A stretch of 63,289 nt of DNA, filler included, from Choristocarpus tenellus KU-1152 (GCA_964200185.2; 13 parts of 13 records of this genome joined end to end with filler, not necessarily neighbours in it); one strand, 5' to 3'; numbered from the whole stretch's first letter, positions 37,993-52,269 are shown. Numbers and translations are program-made. The notes: generated by a model not told the origin, from the sequence alone.

Positions 37993-39330
37993 GACGCTGA
38001 GGGAGAAAGGGGACAGCACCCACAAGCTGTCATGGTTAACTGTGTACTTCAGGGGAAGCAGGAGTCAAATAGCACTTTCGTAATCACCCCACCTTCTGCC
38101 AAAATAGACCAGTTGTGTCAAGACTGTATCACTGAGGATGACCTCTGTGCGTACCTGCTCTCGATAATGGATTGTTATGCCTTTACTGCATCGGCACATC
38201 AAGGAGATGGGGGTAGTATCCCCATTTCTGCTCAGCAAAGAACAGGAGATCTTCCCTATGCTCCAGTTTCCTCCCTTTCCCCCACCTCAGACGGCACCCG
38301 TGTTCTTGACTCCAACCCTGCCTCACCCCAATCAGCAACAGCTACCCCTTCTTCTGGTACCATTTTAGCAATGGCCTCTATTTTGGCACAGGCTCTCTGT
38401 GTATGGCGCTATTTTGGACTCCCTTCCAAGCCGTTGGATGAGTCCTTTCGTAAGAGACTCGCCTTCCCAACAGATATGCGCATCCTTTGTGCCCTCTTCT
38501 TCCCTGATCTATCCTTAGACTGGAAGGACAAGGGAAAATTACAGGGAGGGTTGAGGGGTGAAAGGTCAAGGCAAGGCCCTGAGTCAGAACAAAGGATGGG
38601 GAAAGTCATGGAGGGCAGATACTTTGGGTGTGATTTGGATATTCTTCAATCTTGGCCAACCACGGTGCAGACAGCGGCTGTGCGTAAACTGTGCCTATCC
38701 CCACGCCTCTACCTTGCCATGACCCAGGCCTGCACGGCTCTGTCCAAGACCCCTGCCTCTAGGAGGCCAGTGGCAAGGCCCTTGGCACAACCAGGAGGAG
38801 GTACACCTGCTGGGGTGTCCCAGGTACGCCTCCTCCTTGAGCGTTTTGCCGAGCGAGGTGGCACTGCATGGGTTGGGTCGGCTGTTGCCATGGATAGTGC
38901 TGGATCTCACTGCAACAATGAGGACAGGGGAGAACAACACATGCTTCTCACTAACCATAGAGGGTTAGGGTCAGGACATGATGGGGAAACAAGTGTCGAG
39001 GAAGGAGAGAGGGAGAAGGAGAAGGAGGAGGTTTGGTTCACGTGTGGGCATCACTTCCCAAAGACATCCTTCCTGGTGGATGTCGTCCCAGCTTGTGTGG
39101 CTGACCTCGGCTTCACCAGCTCTCTTCAACTAACACGGCAACTCCTGGCTCAGGAGTATGGAGTGGAAGGAAAGACGGCAGAAGGATTGCCCGATACAGC
39201 TGAGGTAGCATGCCCCAAGTGCGCTGCAGCTGAGCTTCGGAGAATGGTTGCAGTATTGCACCCAATGGCCCCGCCCCATGTTCCCCCTAACACTACTGTC
39301 AGGAAAGTAGGCAAAGCATTGAGTTCTTGA
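37993..39330 (+). CDS. Uncharacterised protein, terminal exon with split Cys/His (WFTCGHHF...ACPKC) module
   Basis: Longest ORF in the window (452 aa in the track); aag acceptor at 37992; stop at 39330. Confidence 0.75.
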   Translation, partial: DAEGERGQHPQAVMVNCVLQGKQESNSTFVITPPSAKIDQLCQDCITEDDLCAYLLSIMDCYAFTASAHQGDGGSIPISAQQRTGDLPYAPVSSLSPTSDGTRVLDSNPASPQSATATPSSGTILAMASILAQALCVWRYFGLPSKPLDESFRKRLAFPTDMRILCALFFPDLSLDWKDKGKLQGGLRGERSRQGPESEQRMGKVMEGRYFGCDLDILQSWPTTVQTAAVRKLCLSPRLYLAMTQACTALSKTPASRRPVARPLAQPGGGTPAGVSQVRLLLERFAERGGTAWVGSAVAMDSAGSHCNNEDRGEQHMLLTNHRGLGSGHDGETSVEEGEREKEKEEVWFTCGHHFPKTSFLVDVVPACVADLGFTSSLQLTRQLLAQEYGVEGKTAEGLPDTAEVACPKCAAAELRRMVAVLHPMAPPHVPPNTTVRKVGKALSS

Positions 39331-39769
39331 AGTCCTGCACTAGAAGAACTACCTTTTTTTGTCGTCACATGATATGAAGTAGAAGTTTTTCTCTTGAACG
39401 TGTAACGAGTAAGAGTCCTTCCTAATTCTTTTGGGAACATTCTTTAAGAAAAAACGGGAACGAATGGAAGGGTTCCTAGGCTTGATGGGTAACACGTGTG
39501 TGTGACATGCGGATTAGCAACTTCTACCCTGACTGTAGCGGTGCTGCTCAATGTGTCACAACCATCACAATCACACAGTAGCAACAGCATTCTCCGGCTT
39601 CTGCGCATGCCATTGTTTAATAGCACCTTGCCTCCTTCTGCACCTTGATGAAGCAGATGGCTCCCTCCTGAGGCAGCCCTGGTTTCGATCAGCATGACCC
39701 TTGTCTCCTGATAATAGTCTCACAGACATCACTTGAGGTCACCCTGCAATAGAACACGCCTCCCAAGTT

Positions 39770-41030
39770 TGCAATGTGTCGTCAACCGCGCTACCCTTTG
39801 TGTTGACATTCTACAACATCAACACGATTGACAAAATAGAGGAACATCAACTTCAACCTCTACTACCGTATCCATTACGCCAACGAAGTCTTTGCAGAAC
39901 TGTTGCATGGGGGACTGACTGTAACGCCTCTGCTTTCCAGCACTCGCTGTGTGTGATACATGAAACAAGAGGTTTAGGTTTACCAAGGAGTCCCATAGAT
40001 TTTGGTCATGGAACATACCCCTATGCCCCCTGAGGCTGCGAGGTGGTGACATGTTCCATGGGATTTTCTGAAACAGGGGTTTCCTCCATGAAAATGAAGT
40101 GTCACGATTCCCTTATTGTTCTGTGTGCCTGTCATGATATCTTGAAGAACACACGAATACCTTTCAAGGTGAAAGTATAACATACATCAACACAATCCAA
40201 TCAGCAACACTCAACCACCTATCCTGGGGGCCAGAGTCACCATGTATGGACATCGATCTTTCGTAGATGTCTACAGACATTGATTTTCATTTTTCTATAT
40301 TATATATTTTTTGCAGCGTGTTCAAAGCAGTACTACTCCACATTTGTTCATTTTCAGCTGTAAAAAACAGATCACGCTCCCCAAACTCCCACAAAACCAG
40401 CTACTAGGTCTCCTAGAGGCAAAGGAACAAAACATTGATGTGCACAAAAGGAATGTATGTGCTTGCAATTTACCACAGTTTAGAATTGTGAAAAAAGCAC
40501 CACAAGAAGATTAATTACCCATGCCCCCCTTCTGCACAGTTTTTTAGCTTCAAGGTTACTCATCCCCCTCAGACAACCCACACACCATGCAGAGGGAGGG
40601 AGGGAGCTGTGTTGTTGGTTTTTGTGTAGAAGCTGTCGAAGGGTCTCTACCAATGGGATACAAGAAGTATACGGTGCAAATTTCAATAACTGTGAAATAC
40701 CAGCACATGATTGGTTGAAGCTGTGGTGCACCAGGAGCAAGTTCAGCACAGGAAGGCGTGCATTTTTTTTTTTTTGCAGGAAATGTTTTCGGTGCCATTC
40801 GAGATGCTTTTTAAAGAACATAGAACAGTCAAGAATAACAAAAAACGTTATTAAGATGCAGCCCCAAAACTCTGAAGTAGCAGTTATTTTGGTTAGGACT
40901 TCGATCATTTCCGACATAGCCGACTGGGTGCAGGTAGACACTGCCTTAATCATTGAGCCACTGAAGGCACATGTAGCAGGCTGGAAACGCAAAGCTCTTC
41001 ATTACCCCTGGCAAATGTTCTTGAAGAACC
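39770..41030 (+). mobile_element. Decayed hAT-like transposase
   Basis: C-terminal IPAHDW.KLW ... FK.....K....+..V.LVR pattern resembles the hAT dimerisation domain; fainter upstream motifs; many disruptions. Confidence 0.45.
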
Positions 41031-41852
41031 ACTGAGACTGTACCTCTTCTTGTCACCCCCAGCACACGTGTCATGAGAACAACTGTGAGAAAGAAAAAGG
41101 TCCGGTCACCAATGCTTGCCCAGGTAAGACGATGATGTGCATGGAAATGTGCTCGAATTAAACCTGTGCTGTTGAGGTTAGGGCTTGTTTGCAGTGGAGT
41201 CGATATCTCTGTACTGGAAAGTACAATATAAACAGGTAATGGCTTTTCAAAAGGTTTTCATAGTGGTCATGTGCGGGCGTGTGTGCGCGCGCGCGTGTGT
41301 GTGTCTAATACAGAACATTTCTCCCTTCAAACATAACTCTATTTCCCTATCGTAGTACTGCCATTTCAATCATTCATGAGACACTGTACACTTAGAAAAT
41401 CACTACTACTACTACCGTCACTATTTTGTGGAAACATATTTATTAAATGCACACACACACACACAATAAATAAATAACGCAAGGTGTTCAACAGACAATC
41501 TTGACACCAATCTCATTAGGGGGTCCTTTTTGTAAGGTAGGGTCCCCAATTCAACTCCACAGAAAGAGCGGAGGCATCACCTGGTACAAACTAGCCCATG
41601 CTCCAACCCTCCCCATCGCTCAGGTGTCCACCAGACTCTCCAGGGTAAGACCAAAAGCCTCAAGGGTTGCCCTAGCACGGGTCACCCGCATCTCTTGCAC
41701 AGCTCCACCCCATACGCCGCTCTGCCTCTGCCCTGCTACAACCTCACCCCCCNNNNNNNNNNNNNNNNNNNNNNNNNNNNNNNNNNNNNNNNNNNNTTAA
41801 TTAATTAANNNNNNNNNNNNNNNNNNNNNNNNNNNNNNNNNNNNNNNNNNNN

Positions 41853-41876
41853 CCCCCCTCCCAGATACGTTGGGTC
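41853..41876. mobile_element. MITE family A terminus
   Basis: CCCCCCTCCCAGATACGTTGGGTC at the contig start. Confidence 0.65.
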
Positions 41877-42382
41877 TGCAACTTTAGTTCACATTCTAAA
41901 AAACCTGGCAAAGGATGTTTAAAGGGTGTCAAGTAATACTACTAGCAGTGCTTTTCAGTTTCTAGGTTCTACACATGACGTAGTACTTGGCTTAAACTGG
42001 ATTTCTATATGTCGTGTACAACAAGTGATACGTGGCAGTCTAGAAAATGAGGAAAGATCACAGTCATGAGTCAGCTAGGAGTCACTATATGGGGTCCTGC
42101 CTTAGCTGGACATGGTCAATATAGTGAGTTGCAAAGGTTAAGGTTAGGGTTAGATAATGTGCATCAGTCACCCAGTCACGCGTCCTTACAGGTTACTCTC
42201 TACTTGTGACATTTTCAGACAAGATATATAATCTGTTGCAGATGGTGGTCCTTCCTTACAACCCCCCTTCCTATTTCTAACTACTATACTTTGAATGCCA
42301 TCATCAAAGAAATGTCTTTATTGAAAGGGCAAAAGAGTATCACATGGTATCACATGATATCATATGGACATTGTCGTTAAAT

Positions 42383-42458
42383 GATTGCTTAGTGGTTAAG
42401 GACTAGCGTTCCTAATGGAGTGTGAACTTGGATTTGAACCCAGGTGTCGCCAGATTTT
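42383..42458 (+). mobile_element. tRNA-derived SINE head or tRNA pseudogene
   Basis: A-box-like TGCTTAGTGG (42386) and B-box-like GGATTTGAACCC (42430) at tRNA spacing, followed by a T-run; stems degenerate. Confidence 0.5.
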
Positions 42459-44963
42459 CCGTTAAGGGAAGTCTGATTTCAATGAACTATGTGGTTGGAC
42501 AGCTCTATGGATTGTACACTGGGGCTACCTCAGCAAGCTACCTACTTGTAGTATGCTGCCTGTCCCCCAAATAATACAGAAGATAAATTAATACATGATA
42601 TGACAAGCCTTCATTTTGGAGCACCGAAAGGCTAATACTACATGAGATTCGAGAGAGGAGGTGGAGTGATGGAAAGCCACTGGCGGGGTGGCTGTACCGC
42701 ACATGTGAGAAGCAATGGCATGGACAAACGCTATAATTTGCTGTAGGGCAATATGTGGTTGTTAGTTCGTAGTTTAACAATCAGACGTAGTAGTGCAGTG
42801 TGTATGTAAAGGGGTGGGGTTTAGGTAGGTACCTATTCTACGCCGAAAGGTCTGGTTGAGATTTAGTAGTCATCGGTAAGGTATGATTATGCATACAACT
42901 AACTGTTGATAATGGATTATTAATTTGATTGAGGTAGATATCATGATCTCGTACTGCTCTACCAGCCGGATGATATCGTGGGATGTTAACCTTAAGCCTA
43001 CCGAATCACATGTTACGGTACCCACTATGAAGAACTTCCAAAAACAAAATGATACGTGGGTCATTAAATCTCTTGTGGAAAACGAGTCGGATACGACATT
43101 TGAGTGTGGATGCAATTTAATAAATTCAACTCCATTGTGTGTGGCATTGGACAAGAAGAATGACCACGATTATACATTCAGTCCCTACATGTCCCCCCTC
43201 TGACTCCTACCAATCAAAAGATTGCCTGATGTATACAACACCAATGCATGTCTACACGCGAAGATGTGGACTACATATTATGAACAATTATCTTTTAAAC
43301 TTTTTATTTCTTCTTAATAATGCTTAGTAATAATGCATCTAAACTACGCGATAACTGGGATGTTCAGAAACCACGTGTGTTTGGCTATTCATAAAATCAC
43401 TTTGTTTTAGGAAGCTGCCATTGGATTTGGACTCTCGTGAAGCGTTGGGGTGTAGCTGCAGCCAGTAGTAGTCTGAACAATGTTGAAAGGCTCTCCCAAA
43501 ACTTAGGTAAAGAAAATCTTAAAATGATATTTTTCTTTATTCTCAAAGTAGGTATATGTAATATATATTCGGTAATACTCTTCTTTTATGATTGCTTATT
43601 GACTCTGTTCTTGTTGTGTACCTTGTATTGTCTTGTTGTTTGTCATAAAAATATTACTGAATATACTTCGGAGTATGTATGTGTGTACCTGGCAACATAC
43701 TATATACCAGTCAGTACATCTACTTTACGTATATATAGTATGTTAGTAATATCAGTATATTATAATGTATATGCGTCTGTGTGAATACATACATATTTAA
43801 GATCTCTGTCTGTCTGGGGGTATTGTTGTGAATATATTGCATTGCGACAATTCCGAGTAGTACACTACTCCTGAAGTGCTACTTTGTACTCTCGACTACA
43901 TGAACAATAGTAGTAGTACTTGGTTGGGAATGGGGGAATATGTATGTATGCATATACTCCGACTATGTTAAAAAAAAAAGTGTCTACTCCCAAGCGGAAA
44001 AAAGAGATAGATGACAACATTCATCACAGGAATGCAAAGAAGTTAAAATGGACACGAAGCGAGAAGAAAAAACTTACGTACACACCTTGGTGGTTGTCAG
44101 GACAGCTTAACCGTGGAGAGATAGATGTAGTGATTGGTAATATTTCTCATAGTGTATTATCTTTCATCCTCATCATGGTGCCCCCTTGACTAAAAAATTG
44201 ATTGGTAAAATATACGCAGATCACAATGACGTTCTTCATCCCCTTTTGGTACTACTTTCGGACCCGTCCACGACAACCCCCCCCCAAAAAAATCTTTAGA
44301 GTACTTACCTTATTATTCATTTGTTCTAATTGCACAAGATAGTTCTGGAGCCAATAATGCCTCCTAAGGTTAGGCCTTTCAGACATACATGGCAATCGGT
44401 TGTATTAAGCAGATAGATGGATAAAACGTCACTACGAAGAAAGCAAAAAAAGAGCCGAACCGAAGCATATATCCCACTAATGATCACAAAGAAATAGGGC
44501 GGATCAAAAGGATCTGTTTAAGTCAGCTCTTGTTTCTTGCGTTCGCAGGTACTTCATAAACCCTATCATATATATATGCATGGTTTGTACCCAACATATA
44601 TTCCGTTTACTATGTAATGAGCACCTCTCTGGAAGGTAAATGCAGCACCGAAATAACTCACCTCATGAATCTAGTATGTTGGTTAGTATTTCACGTTCTA
44701 CACAGTAATACATACTTACACAGAGAATATAGACATAACCTCGACCTACTCCTTGTTCGAAACAATTACTGCATTCACTACATATATTTGTATCTTAGTA
44801 GGAGTAACACATTGAAAATAATAACACACAACTTTCTTGTATGGTCGTGGAATATGCTGAGTGGCAAATTCACTCCACTGACGCTAAAGGCAACACGATT
44901 GTCACTCTCAATTTATTGGTGCAGATAACTGTAGTCGAAACATTCTCCCTGCCGGAGTTACCA

Positions 44964-45097
44964 GACCCAAAGTATCTGTGGGGGGGAGGTCTAGACCAGG
45001 GTGTCCATTTTGGGTCAAAATCAGGAAAAGTGCATTTACATTATCCATCCGACATATGCAACAAAAAAAAAAAAAAATCGCGATATGAAAAAATTGA
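44964..45097. mobile_element. MITE family A, partial (contig end)
   Basis: GACCCAAAGTATCT terminus and internal match to 54488-54664 in reverse orientation. Confidence 0.85.
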
Positions 45098-46786
45098 NNN
45101 NNNNNNNNNNNNNNNNNNNNNNNNNNNNNNNNNNNNNNNNNTTAATTAATTAANNNNNNNNNNNNNNNNNNNNNNNNNNNNNNNNNNNNNNNNNNNNCAA
45201 TCGGTACCACGGTATAGCGGTATATGGCATACGGCAATAACGATATAATAACAGACAAACATGCTTTCCACAAAACGCAGTATACTGTCATAGAAAGACT
45301 CTTTCCCTTCACTACCATAAACACAAATGAATACAAACGCAAAATCACAGTAACACCGAAATAGGTTACTGCCATAGAAACCTCTCCCCCTTCAGAACTA
45401 CAAACAAAAATAAATGCAAGACACAAAAAAATGTTTCATGGTCACATAGAAATTGGGTACCGAGCCAAAGTAAAGGAGAGGTACCCAGGTTTTGGCCATT
45501 TTGGATTTTAAGTCACTTTTTTTCATCTTCTATAATTTCCCCGTATTTTTATTGTTGAAGTGCTAAGATCGAATCAATCCTAACACTCTTAAGAATATTT
45601 TTCGACAGAATTCATAAACTGTTGCTGATATATTTGTACAAAAAGCCGACTTTTGTCCATTATTGTCACGATCTTTAAAATGCAACCCCCAGTAACTCTT
45701 GTTTTCTTTAGCTCACTGTCATAGAAAGACTCTCCCCTTGTTGCGACCACATACAGTAGGGTTTTGTGGCCCACTCATACATACAAAACAATCTCCCCCC
45801 TCCTATTGCCATCTCCAGTGTGTTCTTGTTTGCTGCATCCGAAGACTGAAAATATCGTACTTGTCTTGCCTTCCTTTTGTCTCTCCCTCAAGGTACTCAG
45901 CCCAAGTATCCAGTCTCCATCTTTGCTCATTGTGTCACACCTTCTTGATGGGGATATCTGTGGGTCACAGACAAAGCACACCCTGTGTTCCCTTAGCCAT
46001 CTGTGCCTGGTTGTGACTGATCAAACTGCTGGTTATTTCTGTACCTGAAAGCGGCGATTGCAACGCAGGAGAATGCAAAAAATAAACAGCGAGAGTATCA
46101 ATGGACGACAAGAGTTGAGTATGTCAATAAAGCAGAACCTTGTCTACAGAAAATCGAGACACATATGGAACACACAACAGTAATACTGCCAGCAACTCCA
46201 TACATAATCTCAAGGTGGTTTCCCTCATGTCAGGGAGGCCCTGAGATTATGGTCTCAGGCATAGGTCATTCGTACAACCCGATGGATGCAACAAGGCAGC
46301 CTGTACTCTTGTCTAGCCTCAAGGTCGTAAAGAAAGACCCTGAAGCCGATATCACAAGTGCAGGTCATTGATACGAACCAGTGCAGAAAGTAAGGTGACC
46401 TGCACTCCATTACACAGAATCAAGGCCGTAGAAAGAGACTCTGAAGCTATGATCTGGAGAGCAGAACATCGTTGCAAAACTTCACTCGTGTTTGCAACAC
46501 CCATCCCTCGCTGAGGGGGAGTAACAGATGCGACCATATAGACCCTTTCCCTCCAATTTGAGAGAAGTGAAGATGGAGATGAGTCCATGGCATCCCAAGG
46601 AGCTAACAACAGTCCCATGTATGTGGTTAAGCTGAGTATTCTCTCTGGTTTTAAAGAGACGAGGTAGGCCCTCCTTGTTACAAAACAACCCACAAGCCTA
46701 CCATGATGGGATATGTAGCTCCAATCTACAAGCTTGTAGGGTGTAAATGAGGCTCGTAGAAGACACCTGAATGGAAACATAACCAA

Positions 46787-46977
46787 ATATGCTGGATCTC
46801 TCACTGCAATTATTCATTGCTTTATGGGGGTATACATACAGGACTGAACATCCCTTCCTGCCAAATGTATGGTCACAAATTCACTAAAAAATAATAATCA
46901 ATATGTACAGTGTACAAAATCTAGGACTTGAAGATCATAATGGGGTTTATCAAAACTCCCATTAAGACACATCGCCC
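46787..46977 (+). repeat. Dispersed repeat, paralogue of about 16872-17422 without the Stowaway-like insertion
   Basis: tatgctggatctctcact and aaaatctaggacttgaagatcataatgg match the two flanks of the 17014-17358 MITE. Confidence 0.75.
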
Positions 46978-47559
46978 GTAACAGATTTTGATAAAATAGT
47001 TTTTGCTCCACAATTTTATTTCTAAGATAACACTATTATTATCACTATCAATCCATATTATTATTGTTATCGGTGGTACGTTATCATAATTGCAATTTTT
47101 AGTATCATTAGTAGTAGTAATAGTAATAGTAGATGGAGGAGTAAGATATATTACTATTTTTATTATCGAATTTTTCGCTGAACAGAGTTGAAGACTACTG
47201 ATTGATTCCGATATGTTTTCATGTTAACTAAACACGGATTTCCTGGAATTAGGGCATGCTTATTGCTGGTGGTGATCAAGTTTCTTACAAAGGTAGACCA
47301 AAAAGATAGAAATCCTCTCAAGGAGGTAGGTTCTTAATCGTCTTGTGATGTCGCTAATATATATAATTGGGGTTAACCCTCTACATGTTCAGACCCCGCC
47401 TCACAGGAGCTGAAAGAGAGTATTTATTCAAGAATTTGTTTTAATTTATTGCATTTGACCGATTCTTACTTCGACGGCTTTTTTTTATAGGGGTTGTGGA
47501 TGTAAGGCAGGACTCACGAGAACTCAGAAAGAAAAGAAAAAAATTAATAGTTTCTTACA

Positions 47560-48400
47560 GGAGTGGGTGACTGACATTTATACAGGAGCAAGTCATGGAT
47601 ATTGGTTTCACCACCAAAAATATAATTAATCTTATGATTTCTGACAAGTCCATCCTCACTAAAGATGTCAGATGATGGCCACTCTGACCCTTGACTGCCT
47701 CCTCGAAAGGTTTTACCTTTTCTGACGTCCTTGACAACTATGTTGAAACATCCAAAATATTAATATTGGGACACTTTGCTGTATCCCATCGTTGGATACC
47801 AGTAAGAGATAAGCACTGATGTGTCATTGTCGCCTCATAGCTGTGAGGCTTGCACAGGTTGAATCTTTACAGGTTGGTTCATCTCCTTGGTTTCTGGTTT
47901 CGGTGTGGAAGTGGGGGGTGGTGGAGTGGACGGGATCATCATATAGCACATGGATGCTACATATTTATAGGAGTTTCTCCACGTATATCAGAATGCTATC
48001 CTAGTAGTTGAGGCCCAGCAACACACCCTTACCTCCCAGCTGAGCCGCTGAGAAACTTGATACTGCTGCCCTGTCATCTATCATCTTTAATCCTCACGTT
48101 CAAATATCTCAATAACAATGCCCCTTTCGTCTGACATGGCCTTCGAACCTTCTATCAAAACTCTTTAGACAGGAACAGGGGATCAGAGCATGTATTGCTA
48201 CTCGCACTCGCAAGCAGCAAGTTTGTGCACGGACATCCCAGTAGGGGAAAGTTACAGTCGCTGTAGATATGGTGCAATAACTGCAGCTTGAGAATAATTC
48301 GTTAGTTTTTGGTTGCATTACGACTTCTAAAAACTCACGACTTTCCAGAATGCTCTTATTGTTCTCATACACACCTTTTCAGTATGGGCTCGGTTTAGTA
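47560..48400 (-). mobile_element. Possible decayed hAT C-terminal fragment
   Basis: TSEK...TSL......IIRLIIFL loosely resembles the hAT dimerisation end; weak. Confidence 0.25.
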
Positions 48401-48421
48401 TGAAAAGAACTATACCTTTGA

Positions 48422-48572
48422 GGTTCAAAGTATCTGGGGGGGTGTGTAGCGGCTGTCCATTTGGGGCCCATTTTTCCATGTCGTAATGTTTGGGAGATTG
48501 GGTTGCATGTGTCGGATGGATAATGTAAGTGCACTTTTCCTTGTCATGGCCCAAATGGAAACCCTGGTCTAG

Positions 48573-48627
<55 letters not shown>

Positions 48628-48634
48628 ACACCCA
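48422..48634. mobile_element. MITE family A, near-complete, ending in a long C-run
   Basis: tga|GGTTCAAAGTATCTGGGGG terminus; colinear with 54488-54664. Confidence 0.85.
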
Positions 48635-48734
48635 NNNNNNNNNNNNNNNNNNNNNNNNNNNNNNNNNNNNNNNNNNNNTTAATTAATTAANNNNNNNNNN
48701 NNNNNNNNNNNNNNNNNNNNNNNNNNNNNNNNNN

Positions 48735-48803
48735 CAAAAAAGTGAAAATCGAAAAAAGGGTGAAAAACGGACGCCGACACCCCCCCCCAAGATACTTTGA
48801 CCC
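48735..48803. mobile_element. MITE family B, partial
   Basis: Reverse complement of 54751-54820; ends GATACTTTGACCC|tga. Confidence 0.8.
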
Positions 48804-51800
48804 TGAAGTGTTGGTAGTTTGTATTATTTTGCAGTAATTTCCACCCGTTTAAACCCATCACTCCTACCTCTGATGTTACTACAATTCTAGTGGACACACA
48901 TCGGGTGCAGGAAGAGGGAAGTAATGCACTACCCTTTGCACACACAAAATTGTACCAGCAATTCTGGAACACAAAAAATTCTACTTCTCTCTCCAACTCC
49001 TCAAAATTGCCACAGAGGGGATGTATACATGTATAACACCATTCCTGATTGAGACATGTTTGGTTGGCCCCCTTGCCACAAAAGAAATTTCAATATAAAC
49101 ATAAAAAAATAGTTTTGCTTCACTCACAACTTCCACTACAAAAATGCCCCAAGAATGTCAACTTCTGAAAATTCTTCTCTGGTCTTTGGTAGTTTACTTT
49201 TTACTAATAAAGTTCACGTGTTTAGTGGACACTGTAATATTTTCCTTTGTTTCCTGCCAAGAATCCCCCTCTTACATGCGAAGCTATGTATGTACCTTAT
49301 TGTAAGCTCCGAAACTCCAACCTAATGCAATTGACTCGGTGTCCAGGTATGGCAAAGAGTTCAGATTACCTGTACACCTCGAGTCTGTGATGCGGCACAC
49401 ACACATTTTCGGCATTACCTTTCTCAACATTAGTGATGACTACGGTGTGTGTACCTTCCAAAGGAAGCAAAGAGTTAAGTTCGTCCAGCAATATATCGCT
49501 GGGGTAAATCAAGTGAGATGATAGCAATTTTTCTCGCAGGCATGCAACATGGAATTTTTACCACAGTATATACGTGCATAGAGTTTTGGTTAGGTAGATT
49601 GGATAACACCCTCAAAATCCTATCGGTTTCGTTGAGAAAATATTTTGAGTAGTTCTACAGAGTTAGTGGAGTTTTCTACTTGATTTAGGGTAGTCCCCAA
49701 TATTGCCGCCAAAAGTGCTAGTCCTCGCATCTACGGACATCTGGATCCTTTGATACACAAATTCTCATTCTCAGATATTACATTTACTCTGATCAACGTA
49801 TTTCAAAACATTGTAAATTGCACATACAGTAAATCACGTACAATGAATGACAATTGGTAGAAATTATTTATATAATCTGGAGTATCACGGAATAATATCA
49901 GATTGTAGTAGTATCATTCTCCACCACCAGGGAAGCACTTGGTTGTTGATAGGGTTAAGACTTAGAGGAATACCTAGCACCAGTTGGAGAGCAATCAATC
50001 TGCTATCCTCGGTCAGTGTCCTTGTTCACCGGATGAAGGAGAGGATACCCTGCTTCAAGGTTATCAAAGGGCACCCTTTCGTTTGAATTATTCGATTGAG
50101 CTGAGAAAAGCAGCAAATATGACAAAGGAAAATGTCGAAACTAGAGCAGGACGACCTTTTCACTCAACAAATCGCTGTATGGAGCTCCTTCATTATATTA
50201 CTGGGCGCTACACAGCCAAAAAAATGGACCACCACATCAAATGTTTCATTAATCAAAATAAAGAGCTCGCTCTAATTCAGTGGTTCTTATTTTCTTTTCT
50301 CTCAAGTAGTTTAGGTTGTAGAAGAAGTAGTTATGGAGTACAAATGAGACAGGCAGGTCTTTGATGCTGTAGTTGTTGTTGGTGCTGTTACTACTATGTC
50401 ATCATTAGTCTTATTAAAGACCGATCTATAAGAACTCTGATATTTTCTTGCAAAATGTAGTGAGGAATATGTGGAAAGAAAAAAATGAGGTACTGCAAAA
50501 TCAACAAAAAAGAGAGGAGAGGAGGAAAACACTGGTAAAATCAAAGTAACAAGACACTCCTAGAAGAAAGCTCCATAAAAATCGACGGAAAAAAACTACT
50601 TGCCAGACACACATTAGACCATCAGACATCACTTTAGTTATGAGGGGAGGTATACAAAACACGAAATTCCAGTCCTCACATCCTCACACCTCACCTGTAC
50701 GTGGTTGGAGGATGTCTCTTTTGTTGAATCCCTCCCCCCCAAAAACAAAATCAGAGGTGTAAGGCTATTTTTGATTTTGCGCTGCTCATCCAACTACTAC
50801 TTTGTATAGGGAATGTAAAACGAGCTCGACTTCTTCCAGCTTCAACTCTCCTCCATACATCACAGATGGAGCATACGGCACACATTGATATAGTGATGTG
50901 TTCCGAAAAACCTGCTCATTCCCTTCTTGCCCAGGTCTGTTTGACCTTACATACGACAGTGGCCCGAGCATCAGAGTGAGTGAGTTCAAAATTCCCTCAT
51001 ATTCCTCTGTGCGGATGTGAGACTGAACGCCCTGAGGTTCACACACACAATCATCTTACTTATGGTGAAGATGTATGAGAATTGCGAAAATGCCTTGGGA
51101 AAGTCTGCAGCTTGGGGGTTGGATTCTGAAATGTGGTCAGACTGGCCTGTTTGTTTTCTAGTAAGGGAGGAATTTTCGCTCTGGTCTTAATATGTTTTTC
51201 CCATATACCCCTGAACAAATGCGATTAATATCACTTGTGCTACCTGCAATACTGGTATCATCATTGTCCTGCTCATCACATTCCACATTGGCATCCACTA
51301 TTTGCCTTGCACCCTCCACTGCACAACGAACATGCCTTCCTCCAGTCAGAGGTGGCACTTATGTGGGACCAAGTATTGTCAGGTTGACATTGTGGGGGTA
51401 ACCATTCTTGCAATTTCCATTTAACGTCCTTGGAGGGGTCCAACATTTTCTCCGCCATGACTCCACACTCGTAGTCTTTGCTGTCCATGAATGTGTACAA
51501 TATCCTTGGCAGCAAAGAGATTTCCCGTGTACTGCTCTATGAGAAGTGAGAGGGCTTTCCTGGCCTTAAGGTTGAACCTCTCTCCTACCCGATTGGCTTT
51601 GAGTTGTGTCTTGGCAAAAGACTTGTGAAAATATTATTTCATTTGTTCTTCTCCTACTTGCGCACTCTCCTTGGCCACAAGTTCGGGACCAACAAGTTGG
51701 GCATTGCCTGAATCGAGTTATTGGATGTGCAACAAGTATGGAAGAGTCTATTATTATCATGAGATGAGATTTCAAGTCATCACCTAGCCTTCCATGAACC

Positions 51801-52269
51801 TTTGATTATAGACTGGACTCTCCACAACAAGCCTGCGAACTGATTTTTGTTATCAGTAATTATGACGTAGTACGGACGATAGCTGTGAGGTAATAATATA
51901 TATACATAATTGTTAGGTTGGGGCGAGGTGATTCACCATGTATCTATAACCAACTACCCCCATCAGTAGTACTGAGAGGCTACGTCCTATATATAGGTAT
52001 GTTGATCATTTATATTTATGCTTCGGGCTTCAGGTTTACCAATGGATTAGATACTATACCTCCTAAAGGCGGACGATATGTGGTTCGAATGTTTCTATAT
52101 ATAACGATGGTTACTCGATCATGTATGTACTATATTATTTTATTATTATGCCCACTGACGTTTTGCAGATTTGTCAGGCGACAAATCAACAAAAACTACT
52201 CACATGTCAGAATAATTCCTAAAAAAGTAACAGTTGTCATAAATGTGAAAAACATTAATCTATTCGCTA

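Noticed and set aside
46100-46780. Possible LINE endonuclease remnant (YVAP, GVNEAR)
   Set aside because: Motifs too short and degenerate to support a call.
49000-51850. Fragmented ORFs that look like decayed coding sequence (also 42900-44600 and 53600-55620)
   Set aside because: No recognisable motif; left unannotated pending tBLASTx.
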